Source of the DNA: Catajapyx aquilonaris
Lineage: Eukaryota
Length of the DNA: 33,559 bases
Assembly (NCBI GenBank): GCA_000934665.2
Contig: KZ539099.1
Span: 1-33,559, forward strand
Reading direction: 5' to 3'
Notes under the pieces: generated by a model
Database searches by the model: none
Told to the model about the DNA's origin: nothing
The model's input: the letters and a program-made list of their open reading frames with translations, nothing else
Position numbers and translations under genes: made by a program
Part shown: piece by piece, positions 1 to 11,001 of the stretch
Numbering within the stretch: the stretch's first letter is position 1
Layout: the number at the start of each line of letters is the position of its first letter

Positions 1-583
1 GCGCCTGATGTTAAAGGGGCGCTGCGGCTGATGCTTAAAAGTTGCAGTCTGCAGGAGTTGAACTTGGGCTGGACGGGAATGGATGCGGAGATGCTGGGCG
101 CAGTCATTGGGAGCCTCCCGCCGACTCTGAAGGGACTTGACCTGAGCGGTTGCAGGTCAACGCTGACTGATGAAGGGGTGTGCACTATTGTCGCAAGGTG
201 TCCTGCACTGGTGGACCTGGACCTGAGCGACGCGCCAAAGTTGACGCCAGCTAGTCTGGAAGCTATTGCCTCGGGGCTTCCAAAGTTGCAAGGGTTGGCA
301 CTCAGCCGATGCTATGGGATCACACCTGCTGCCTACCTGTGAGTTTCACACATTGTGTCCGTAAAATGTGTTTTCTAACTGTGCTTATTTGTGCAGGCAT
401 CTCCGTGACAGCCCCAACCTTCAGAGCCTGCAGGTGTATGGCCTGATGAGCGAGCCAACGCTGCAGACTCTTCAGGCCAGCTTGACGGGAGTTCAGGTCA
501 ACAGCAGTCCCTTCTCAACTATAGCCAGGCCCACATTCGGGATCAGGCGGACTTCCATTTGGGGACACCGAGTACGAGACTGA
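1..583 (+). CDS. Skp2: S-phase kinase-associated protein 2 (F-box/LRR), 3' part; 5' end lies outside the window. Exons <1..338 and 397..583
   Basis: Leucine-rich repeats (LQELNLGWT, LKGLDLSGC, LVDLDLSDA, LQGLALSRCYGI). The C-terminus FSTIARPTFGIRRTSIWG is characteristic of Skp2. A 58-nt GT..AG intron (339-396) joins the two ORFs in frame; TGA at 581-583. Confidence 0.9.
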
Positions 584-994
584 CGGCAGCAGTGGACGGA
601 CTAATAAGCTCATGTTAGACTGATGATACTTCCTTCTTATTCATATCATGCTCCCAGCTCATTCCTATCAAACAAGAAGGTCATGAAGTCACAGCATTGT
701 TGCACTCATTAGTGATATCCGGATATGAATTTGTATTGCCACTTGTTTGTTCAAGCTAATGTTGGAAAGAAAAAACAACTCTTGTATGTGTGCCAATACA
801 TGGAATACAGGGTTTGATGCGAGACACTGCCTAGTGTTATTTAATATCTTCCGCAACATGTTGCAGGTGAAAATATGTGTGTTTTTTAGCTGTATTGTTA
901 AGTGCCATTGTTGTGTACTGCTGTTGTCAAGGTAGTTTCTTGTTGAAGCCAGCGACTCTCCACATTCTGCACTAGTGACACTCTTTTTCAAAAG

Positions 995-1053
995 GTAAGC
1001 AAGGCACTTTGCAATCGCATTTCTAGTCACGGCAACAATCATTTTGATCCCAG
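995..1053 (+). other. Probable 5'-UTR intron of SLC35G-like copy A (equivalent intron in copy B at 3099..3165)
   Basis: An AAAAG|GTAAG donor is conserved upstream of both paralogues, with acceptors CCCAG (1053) and TATAG (3165). Lengths of 59 and 67 nt match the local minimal intron size. Confidence 0.55.
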
Positions 1054-1086
1054 GCATTTTCCTGTACGACGTAAGAGGTCACGAGA

Positions 1087-2421
1087 ATGACATCCGTGGC
1101 GCCAGAGCCGCGGGATAAATTCGAGCGCAGAAGTTCCAGCGTCTGGTCCGATCTGAACGATGAAGAGGCATTCAAATATGCAAGGCTTCAGAGAGGCAGC
1201 CTAGCCGCCAGCATAATCTCCAGCCTTCAGAGTGACATCGATGAAATCAGCCAACAGGATACGATTCAGTTTAAGCACAAGGGAATCGCTCTGGCTATTG
1301 CCTCGGCGTTCTTCTTCTCGCTTATGGGTGCGTCTGTTCGAGCTGTGAGAGAGGTTAGAATACGTTCGCTCTTTTTATGGCTCGCCGGAGCGATGTTGAT
1401 TACATAAACCGTAGCAGTTTGTACAAATCATTACATCCTGTAAATGGCAATTAAAACTAAAACATTGCTTTACAGGTGGGCTCATTACAGCTGGTTGCAT
1501 TACGAGGCGTGTCTATGATGCTCCTAGTAACGCCTGTCCTCATGATTGGGTGTCGGAAACTCACCCTGCTCTTTCCTCGGACAAAGTTGACCTATCTTCT
1601 TTTGCGTGCAATACTGGGCGCAACTGCTACGTGCTGCTTTTTCTACACCTACACGAAGCTGCCGTTGGGTGATGCGATTGTCATCACATTTACCACCCCT
1701 TTGTTCGTGGCTGTTCTCGCACACTTCATCCTCAGAGAGCCCCTTGGAATCGTCACAGGATGCTGCATTGTTGTGGCCTCGGTGGGCCTGGTCCTCATAG
1801 CCAGGCCGCCGTTCTTGTTCTCAGAGACAGAAGATGATAAAAATAAGAGAGGAGAAGTGCCGTACTGGAAACCAGTACTGGTGGGCATAGCTGGAGCGGC
1901 AGTGTCTGCCAATAACTTCATACTGTTGCGATTGTTGCGAGAGGTGCACCCAAGTGTGGTGCTCATCTACATTGGAGTGGTCACAACAGTTGTCGCCAGT
2001 GTGGGGCAGATACTGGTGGAGGGTCGACTGTGCCTTCCCTCCAGCCTACAAGACAGGTATAGACACACTGCATCTTTCCTAAGCAATAATTGCCTTGGCT
2101 CCGTCGCACTCAAACAAAATTTCTCTTCCTCCTTCAAGACTTCTGACCTTGGCCATGGGCGTGACAGACTTTATTTCTGCAATGCTCCTAACTGTGGCGC
2201 TGAAGTGGGAACAAGCAGGTTTAGTCTCCTTAGCCGGGATGTCGGCTTTGTTATTTACTGCCATCTGGGACATGGCGTTCTTCGGCGAGCAAAAAGGAGG
2301 TCTGAACATCGTGGGGGTTGTGCTAGTGAGTGGTGCCGTGTTCATCATTGCCTGCAGGAAGCACGCCATTTCGCAGCCTCCAGGGTCGCTCTCCAAGTAC
2401 ACGTCGTGGCTCGTTAAATGA
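1087..2421 (+). CDS. SLC35G1/TMEM20-like EamA (drug/metabolite transporter superfamily) membrane protein, copy A, about 376 aa. Exons 1087..1353, 1476..2056, 2139..2421
   Basis: Multiple hydrophobic helices and EamA-type motifs (LLLRAILG, LPLGDAIVITFTTPLFVAVLAHFILREPLG, GLVLIARPPFLF, ALKWEQAGLVS). GT..AG introns 1354-1475 and 2057-2138 join three ORFs in frame; total 1131 nt. Confidence 0.88.
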
Positions 2422-2499
2422 CGTTGCGATTCATCGGTTTCGTTCCATAATTTCCAAACATTTTGTACATTAGATATTGCTTTCCATGTAATATGAAAA

Positions 2500-2826
2500 T
2501 GTTATTATTATTATTGTACCTGCATTTTTATTTCTTACCCTTAGCTAGCTAGTNTCAGGACATCGTAATATTATGATGTATTAGCCGTCAAAGGTTTAAT
2601 ATAAGGAGGGGGGAGGTCGGGGAGTATGATGAGGATAATTGTTGGGTGAGCATCATTAAGAACATGGCCTACACAGCACAGCAGGCCGCAGGCCTAGAAA
2701 ACAGCGAGCGAAGCGAGTGGTTTTTTAGGCCTGCGCCCTAGGAAAAGGCGAGCGGAGCGAGGATTTTCCTAGTGTTATTATTATTATTGTACCTGCATTT
2801 TTATTTCTTACCCTTAGCTAGCTAGT
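2500..2826. repeat. 54-bp exact direct repeat (2500..2553 and 2773..2826)
   Basis: TGTTATTATTATTATTGTACCTGCATTTTTATTTCTTACCCTTAGCTAGCTAGT occurs twice; the first copy ends at the N at 2554. Confidence 0.9.
2555..2772 (+). mobile_element. Short non-autonomous Helitron-like element
   Basis: Begins TC right after an N and ends CTAG followed by T. GC-rich subterminal motifs GCGAGCGAAGCGAG and GCGAGCGGAGCGAG. The matching empty site is an A|T dinucleotide at 2499/2500. Confidence 0.55.
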
Positions 2827-3206
2827 CATAATACAAGAATGATTTCCCCCCCCCTAATATAAATCATTTTCAGGGTTAAAACTAAATTATAATTAAAATG
2901 TTTCTGATGATAATTACGCATGCTGCGGAAACGTTAAGGTAGCCAATAATGGCATGAAAATGCTTCACTGGCTCATCAAAACTTCATTGTTAAACGCCAT
3001 TGCGTTGTCAAGGTAGTTACTTTTGTTGAAGCAGTGACTCGCCATATTCTGCACTAGTGCAGGGTGACTTTTCATACTTTTTTTTTCCCTCCAAAAAGGT
3101 AAGGCAATGTCAAAATTTAACTTTGTCGAGATGCACTTCGAGTATTAGCCGTTTTGGTCCTATAGCGACATCCCACAAGACATACGATCCTGAAGAGGTC
3201 ACAAGA

Positions 3207-4437
3207 ATGACGTCTGTGGCGCCAGAGGAGCAGTGGGATATGAGGAGGCCCAGAACAACCAGCATAGTATCAGAAGTATACGATGAAGGGACATACCAAT
3301 ATCCATGGCGGAGGAGGAGAGAGAGCTTAATAGCCAGCATTAAGAGCGACTTACTGAGTACCACCAAACAGGACACAATCCGGATCAAGTACAAGGGAAT
3401 TGTTCTGACCATCGCCTCAGCTTTCTGCTTCTCACTGGCAGCTGCGTGTATCAAAGCTTTACCAAAAGTAAGATCCAACATAATGGCAGAAGGCAATTAA
3501 AACTAAAACCACTTTATCCTCTTCGCAGGAGTTGACACTACCCCTGCTTAGCATAAAGGGAACGGTGACAATGCACATTACAGTACCGCTTCTTCTGGCC
3601 CAATGTCGGCGGCTCCCCGAGTTCGTTCCTCCGGGGAAGTTATTATATCTTCTTCTGCGTGCTGTATTAGGTTCGATTGCCCTGGGCTGCTTTTACTACA
3701 CCTTCGCAAACCTGCCCTTGGGTGACGCAATTGTGATCACATTCACCACCCCTATATTCGTGTCTATTCTCGCGTACTTCGTCCTCAGGGAGCCCTTTGG
3801 ATACGTGACCGCCGGCAGCATGGTTGTGGCCTTCGTGGGCGTGATCCTCATAGCCAGGCCGCCATTCATGTTCCCAGAGGCACATACCCATAAAGAGAAA
3901 TGGAAGCCCGTACTCGTGGGCATAATAGGATCAATGGTGTCTTCCAACAACTTCATATTGTTGAGATTGTTGCGAGAGGTGCACATGAGTGTGGTGCTCT
4001 TTTATCTGGGGCTGGTCATGACGGTGGTTGCCTGCTTGGGGCAGTTGGTGGTGGCGGGAAAACCGTGCCTGCCCAGCAGCGAACAGCATAGGTAGGTACA
4101 TTTTTTCCTCGATTATGTCCCAACTGTTTTTATGTAACTCAATTTCTCATTAAGGCTTCTGGCCTTGGCTGCAGGCCTCTTGGACTTCTCCTCTGGAATG
4201 TTCTTCACCTTTGCACTCAAGTGGGAGCAGGCAGGTGTAGTAGCCATAGCAGGGATGACGGGTTTGTTCTTTTCCGTCCTCTGGGATCTGGCGTTCTTTC
4301 AGAAGGAATTTGAAATACTGAGTGCCGCAGGAACTACCCTAATATCTGCTTCTGTGTTCGTCACTGCCTGCAGGAAATATGCAATGGCACAGCCGTTGGA
4401 ATCACGCTCCAAATTTACATCATGGCTCCTTAAATGA
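3207..4437 (+). CDS. SLC35G1/TMEM20-like EamA membrane protein, copy B (tandem paralogue), about 368 aa. Exons 3207..3467, 3529..4091, 4155..4437
   Basis: Same start (MTSVAPE), motifs (LPLGDAIVITFTTP, ARPPF, NNFILLRLLREVH, ALKWEQAG) and intron positions/phases as copy A. Introns 3468-3528 and 4092-4154; total 1107 nt, in frame. Confidence 0.88.
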
Positions 4438-4604
4438 CGCAGCGATTCATCACTTTTGTTCTGTAGGTTCCAAGCATCTTAACTGTTCCTTTGTAATGTG
4501 CACGAGACTGTTGAGATGTTGTCGCCGTTTAGAGCAATAAAGAATCGACGAATAAATTTCTGAGCGTGAAATATTAGATTTGTTGCATATGTTGCATTTA
4601 TTTT

Positions 4605-6604
4605 TTACTCATCTTCAACAGCTGTAATTGAGTCAAAAGCAGCATCCATTTTCTCGGAAAGATAAGCCATTTCTTTCTCTGTAAATATTAAAATGGATTG
4701 TTAGAACAGCATTGCCTGGAATGTGACAATTCCTGGCAAGATCCTGCAACAGTATTACCTTGTTTCTTCCGGAGCTTCCTGGCACGTTTAAATTGCATCT
4801 TTTTCTCCTTGTTGAGGGCACGACGGGTCGGCTCCTCGTCCTCTTTGCTGCGTCCATCATCATCGGCCTTTCGCTTCCTCTTCAACCGTCCGCTTGTCGA
4901 TGGCTCTAGCCTCAGTGTGGCAGGAAGCAGCTCAGGCTCGTTGTCAACGTCCTTGGGGACCGTGTCCGAAGCACCATCCTCTTCCATTTGAGCTTCGACA
5001 GCAGTCACATTCTTTGCGACCATTGTCTGCGAGGGCTTGGGCGGAATCAGCGACCGCATATCCTTCGCTTCAACATCAGACACTGCATTGATGTCAAACT
5101 CTGCTGCCATTGTCGAAACCACACTCGACTCAACCTCAGCGCTTGATTCCTCTGGTGGCAATGTGTAGTATTTAATGCGGCCGCCGGTCCAATCTTGCAA
5201 CAACGCCCTAAAATCATAAGACGTGTCAGAAACAGTTGTTCAAAGATAATTACGAAAAGTATGTACCTGGCAGCTGCATCCACGTTAGGAACACCCTTCT
5301 TCTTGAGCCTTCCTTGCCTCCTCGAGAGTAGGCACAAAAATTCGTGAGCGGTTTTGAATGATCCGATGTTGTAGTGCATCTGAAGCTCCTTGCTGGAAAC
5401 TCTCTGCAGTATGGCTGCTGCAGGAGCTATCGGATCTGCAAGCTGCTCAAGTCGCATAGCATTTAGAAGTGCCACTTGGGCATCTCCAGCAGGTCCGCAT
5501 GCAAATACAATTCCAGGCGAATCCAAAAGGCGAACCTGTTGAGGAAAAATATGTAGCACATGGCATTCATGACACATTGTTACAAGTACCTTTGAGTCTA
5601 ACTGCACTGTCTGCATGTGGCGAGTAACACCAGCAGTGGCCCCAACGTTACAGACTCGACTCCGCTTCAGGCTGTTAATCACACTGCTCTTCCCAACGTT
5701 TGGCATTCCAACAACTCCAACCGTGATTGAGCCGCGTATCTCCTCTTTGCGGCTGTAGTTGCCAAGAAGAGCTAGCAACGTGTTGGCACCAACACATGCA
5801 GATGTACTCTTCTTGACATCCAGCCCAGCTCCACCTCGCCTTTGGGCCAGCCTATGCTGCTGCTTCTGCGTCGAGCTCTTGAAAGCCACTGCTGGGAGTT
5901 CGCGTCTCAAGTACCGCAGCCAGTCAGACAGCACATTGGATGGCACCAGGTCAGCCTTGTTGAGGACCAAAACCATCCTTTTACTACCCGACAGTGCCAC
6001 GTGGCTCTCAAGTTCCGCAGAACGAGTTCCAATGGGATCCCGAGCATCCAGGACCTGTAAAGTTCAATGATTTACTCAGGTTCTAACAACGCGTGATGGT
6101 CATCCTCACCTGCAGAATGACATCGGCTGTTCGCACCACAGCCTGGAAGTCACGAGAGGCAGCCCGACGTGTCGTCTGCGTCGCTAGGGTCTCCGTGGGC
6201 GGTGCGGGTTCGGCCGGGACCAGCTGCGGAATCTCCTCCGACTCCACCTCCTGCGCCTGCACGGCCGCCATCAGCCGCTCCTGCTTGGCCTCCTCCTTCC
6301 GCAGCCTCCGCAACTCCTCCTCCTGTCGCTTGGCCTCAGCCGCCTCCTCCAGCACCTGCGCCTTGAACGGAGCCTCAGCCGGCACAACAATATGCTCCTT
6401 CCTGAAACCACCGGCTGAACCAAAGCAATAATTAATTTTTTGCTAAAAAAAAAAAATGTCCTCTTTATAATACTCACCTCTGATGGCCTTCTTCTTGGAT
6501 TCCTTCTTCTTCTTCTTCTGGTGGTCCCTCATCTTCTTCTCTATCTTGTACCGGCGCTTGGCCGGCATGCGCTTGCTGCGCTTACGGAGAAACTTCTTCA
6601 CCAT
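4605..6604 (-). CDS. GNL3: Nucleostemin / GNL3-family circularly permuted nucleolar GTPase, about 562 aa. Exons 6604..6478, 6414..6110, 6054..5590, 5535..5267, 5207..4759, 4678..4605
   Basis: Basic N-terminus (SKRMPAKRRYKIEKK), VLDARDP, and G motifs in permuted order: G4 LNKADL, G1 GMPNVGKSS, G2 GVT, G3 DSPG; then DWTGGRIKYYTLPP. Five GT..AG introns (63, 55, 54, 59, 80 nt); total 1689 nt, in frame. The last small exon is the least certain part. Confidence 0.92.
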
Positions 6605-6695
6605 CTCTAGGCGTCGATGGAATCCAGAAAAATGCGAAACAGTTCGCAAACAAACACGTGTGAAAAATAAGGAAAAAAAATGGCCGACAATTCCA

Positions 6696-6761
6696 GGTGG
6701 CGACACTGCTGCCGACACTGGTGGCGACACTGATTGCGTGACGTCACGGGTGTGACGTCAC
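6696..6761 (-). promoter_or_regulatory. GNL3 proximal promoter: two perfect CRE palindromes (6739-6746, 6753-6760) plus three G(G/C)CGACACTG repeats
   Basis: GTGACGTCAC occurs twice, 14 bp apart, about 140 bp upstream of the ATG, in the short gap between the gamma-COP poly(A) signal (TTTATT 6851-6856 on +) and GNL3. Confidence 0.55.
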
Positions 6762-6926
6762 GAACAGGCAGGGTTGGAAATACGAATGGCACGGTTGGAA
6801 ATAAGCAAAAAAAAAAATGAGAAGATTTTTTAAATATAATTATTGAACTATTTATTTACTCCCAAAAAATTGTGAGGGTTTTAAATGTAATACAATATTA
6901 TTCCAATTAGGTGAGATACAGTGTGT

Positions 6927-9900
6927 TTATCCGATGGAGGCGGCGACCAGCTCTGCGACTTCCGCGTTGGTAGAGCGTACAGTAATTTGCATCGTAATAC
7001 CGTCGGTACCAAGAGCCAACTTGGAACGTACCAGTACGTCATGTCCACCACGGAACACACCTGATGACAATAAAGGAAAAAAATTAATATTAACATAATA
7101 CTGTACATACCGGTAAATACAAACTAGAAAATGTATCATAGTCGTCAACTAACATTTAAAAATTAGTCTAATTCAATTGAATGTAACGAAGAGGGTCGTA
7201 CCGGCCATTAGAAGCGTGTGGGCCGACTTCCCTTCCGGGACACGGTCGGACCTCTCGCAGGGCTGCATTCCCAAAAAGCGTGACACGTTTTCAGATGCTT
7301 CCTGCAGGGTCTTGAGGGAGCCCAGTGCGAATGTGTCTTGCTTTTCGGTTCCATTGCCGGACGGTGCGTCGGGTCCTAGGGAGTCCCACGCTGCCTGGAA
7401 GTTCGGGAGTGCTACACGCTGGATGTGGTCGGAGAGGGTGAGCTCAACGTCCTCTAGAAGGTAGTCGTCGTCGTAGCCTTCCTCGGAGTCGGGTAGTCCG
7501 GTGGTTGGGTCGCAATCCTTGGCTACAAATTTGAGGGTGGCAGGTAATGAGCCGGATGTTCCGGATGAGAGCGACTCCAGGCGGTATAGGATGTAGCAGC
7601 TTCCGTCCTGTCCGCAGGATATCTTCGGTGCGGACAGTTCGGCCTCTTGCTGCATATCGGGGGCATCCAAATTAACCCGAACACGCTCCAGCAACAGGTC
7701 GGACAATGTGTTACGAACACGGAAATGAAGCAGCATGTGGTTGGTGAACATGTGCTTGGTGCATCGTACGACGTACTCAGTTTCAGCTTCGGACAGTTGC
7801 ACCGGTTCGACAGTACGGAATGGAACGCCCAGGAATGCAAGTGCAGCAGGAAGTTCCTCGACTGTGCTCCGTCGCGTCTCAATTGGGGTTGGCTCCTCTT
7901 TCTCTTCCTTAATCGGTGCGGGCGGAACAGCCTTGAAGTCAAACGGTGCGTCAGTGCGACCCTGCAGGTACAAAACCAGTGCCTTTTCAAGTGCAGGTGC
8001 TGAAACTGGCAACAGACGGTCCATTCCAGACCCTGCCAGAAGCATCGCCTGACAGTATGTAGCCCGATCTCGTACTTCATCGTCAGTATCAACCTGGCAC
8101 CGTGAGAGGAGCACCAGAACGTTGGGAAGCAAATCAGGACATCTGGCTCCAAACTGTGCAAGCGCAGACACCGCAGCGGCTCGCACGGCCGAGTTCTCCA
8201 GTATGACCCGGTTGTATATGTAACGAATGTATCTTGACGGCTGCCGAGTGTCTGGACCTTCACGACCCAGCAAATGCAGGATGCGTACAGCCAGTGAAGT
8301 GTGTTCGCAATCCTCAATAAATTCGCACAAGTGTGCCAATCCCGTTTCCTTCGCATCAGGATTTTCTTCCAGTACTGCAATTATGGTGTCGGCAATAGCA
8401 GCCTTGTAATCCAAACCGCCCTCATCGCGGAGCATCGCTGATAAGAAGCCCATCAGGACAGAATGCTTACGAGGAAACTTGAGGCACAACGATCTTACTG
8501 CCTGAACTACAACAACTTTGAATTCATCGCTTATTTCAGATACAAACGATGCGATCTGCTTCATAAGTCGATCAACGGACGCTTCAGCTCCAGTTTTCAG
8601 GAGAGTCGTAATAGCCAATGTAGCAACAGCACGGTTCTGATCCGCAACCAAACTCTCGAGGTCGAGATTGCAAGCGGCTACGGCAGCAGGTTGCGTTGCA
8701 GCAAGTCGACTGAGGGTGCGAACCGCAGCAAATCTGAGACTGGGCTTCGGAGAGGAGCAAAACAGCTGGAGTACCGACACCGCTGGTACAAGCTCACGGG
8801 GGGATCCACGTCGGAGGCGAACAATTGCAGAAGCAGCTTCAAACGTGACGGTTTCCGACTTGTGACGCAAGCAGGACTCGACAAAATCCATAAAGACTGC
8901 TTCTTTGGGCAAGCTGGCCTCTTCAGCTTCCTCAACCAGGGTGCTAGTAATGCGAATCTGAAAACAGAAGGTACGTCAGATGGTGCACACAATGGCGACT
9001 AAATGTTACGTACAAGGAGGCAGAGCGCAAACGGAGATTTCAGTGCCGATGCTCCTCGGGATAGCTTTGCAACGAGCTTGATGACAGCTAGTCTATCATA
9101 TCGCCTCAGCTGGTAGAGGAGTCCGAGGGCATGGAACTGGACCATTGGCGAGTCCGAGTTGAGTGCCTCCTGGGCCTCCCCAAGCCAGCGCTTGACCACC
9201 TCCACCACCACCTGCTGCTGGCCACCGGATGTTGCCTGCTTCACTAGGTGAAGGCTGCTCACCAGAGCCGCACTGCTAACCCACCCTGCCTTGTCCACTA
9301 TGGCCTGCTTCATGTATCGCTCAATTGCCTGAAATCACATACGAAAATGGTAAAAGGATCGCTGTGGTAAAACTGCAATGATACAAACCTGCAGCATAGT
9401 CGAATCGGTGACGGCACAGAGAGCCCTGATTGCTGCTGCCCTGTACGCATCCTCCTTTCCCGTCATGTCCTTGGTTAACGAGGATGTGACAATGATGACA
9501 TCTTCAGCTAGCGGAGCCAGCTCCTTGATGGCCAAGTAGACCATCCTCCTCAGCACCACGTCCTTCGATTGGAACAGCTTCGTCATGGCGAAGAATGCCT
9601 CTGTAGCCTCTGTGGTTCCGAGGCTCTCTCCCTGGTTGATCAGGTAGAGCACCTTGGTCAATATGAACGTGCATCGACGTGCGTTCACCGGGGTTTCGTT
9701 GAACGTGCGGGCTTCCTGCAGCACGCTCGTCTTCTCCAACGATTGGAATGGGTTGCCTCCTCCTATATTCATGAAGAAAATGGTCGGTACAATTACACTA
9801 ATTATAATTCATGCAGCTAGTTGCTCTGTTTAGCCGCATTCTGAACTGTTAGTTACTTATTGTAGCGCTGGGAGTTCCCTTCAAAAAACTGTAACGCCCA

Positions 9901-10356
9901 GCCTGTCAAACACTTACGCTTTTTGTTACGCCTATCGTAATTCAACATTATGGTGCCTTCTGCAGAGTTCGCTTGACCCATGGCAAATGGAACACTAATA
10001 GCAAGATAACTAGTGTTGCATTAGACAGGCTGGTTCACAGCAGAGCCATCTGTAATCAAATATGATTCCATTTTTCTGTTGGAAAAAAAATTGAGCTGAA
10101 AAATCTTCCTGATGTAGTTGAGGGTACGTTCGAATTTTAATGACAAACTTTTTGACTACAATGCGATTGCAGTAGGCACTCCCCAAGACCCCAATTGTAC
10201 TGTACAGCAGTGTGCAACATACAAATGCAATTACTTGGGGTTGACCATCGAATGTTCTTTTTTTCTTCATAATGTATGTTCTTTTCGTCATTTAAGGCCT
10301 TTTTGGTGATAGTTACCCTCCTCCTCCTCCTTCTTGTCTCGCTTGGCTGCAAACAT
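6927..10356 (-). CDS. COPG: Coatomer subunit gamma (COPI), about 872 aa. Exons 10356..10317, 9762..9389, 9328..9014, 8957..7202, 7060..6927
   Basis: Hallmark sequences [68 protein letters not shown], and C-terminal [15 protein letters not shown]. Four GT..AG introns; total 2619 nt, in frame. Confidence 0.96.
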
Positions 10357-10470
10357 CGTGTTGTCGCCCACGCCAGGTGCTGTCTCAACCCAAGGGCGGC
10401 CCCGGGGCGGTCTCCAGCAAGGGAAAAGAACAGTGACACTTTTTTTTCCTCAGACACGAAAAGAGCACCG

Positions 10471-10493
10471 GTGACGTCACACGGGCCACGTAG
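10471..10493 (-). promoter_or_regulatory. gamma-COP promoter: CRE (TGACGTCA 10472-10479) and adjacent GCCACGT bZIP-type site
   Basis: Both lie about 115-135 bp upstream of the ATG at 10356. ACGT-core sites are the type bound by CREB/CREB3(CrebA)/XBP1 bZIP factors. Confidence 0.5.
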
Positions 10494-10995
10494 AGGACGC
10501 CATGTTGGAAGTTCAAAGGGAGCATCAAATATGGCCGTCCTTTTTATTCAAACAGCGCCTCTGTCGGCCATAATTGGTAAACTCTTCCGCGCCATGTTTG
10601 AATGTGTCTCATTTACAAAAGAGCTAATTTTTTTCGTTTTAAATGTGATTTTAATATGAACACTCTAAATTTCGAGGAGTTAATATTATACAATATAACT
10701 CAAAAACGTTGTTAAATGTAACCTTCGTAGGGTGTTATACTGATATTTTCTCAAGATTCGTTAATTTCTAGTACTATAAATTATTTTTTTACACTTTTTT
10801 TTACATGTCTACATTTCACTGCATTACGAGCATTCTAAATTTGTATAAATAGGGATAAAATTAACCATGTTGTTATAAAATGAATGGGGAATACTGCATG
10901 TTCTTGTAAATGCACTGTACTGTACGTCCGTCGTGTACTGTACGCATTATGATTATATGTCACAAAACGATAATCTGTAGGAAATCAAGTATACA

Positions 10996-11001
10996 TTTAT
11001 T
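10996..11001 (-). terminator. Candidate poly(A) signal (AATAAA on -) for Mkp3, implying a 3' UTR of about 1.8 kb
   Basis: TTTATT on + at 10996-11001, between the Mkp3 stop (12822) and the AT-rich spacer before the gamma-COP promoter. Other hexamers nearer the stop are possible alternatives. Confidence 0.35.

Noticed and set aside
7177..9002. Antisense and alternate-frame ORFs over gamma-COP (similar ones over GNL3 and the SLC35G-like genes)
   Set aside because: No recognisable protein features; expected shadows of coding sequence.
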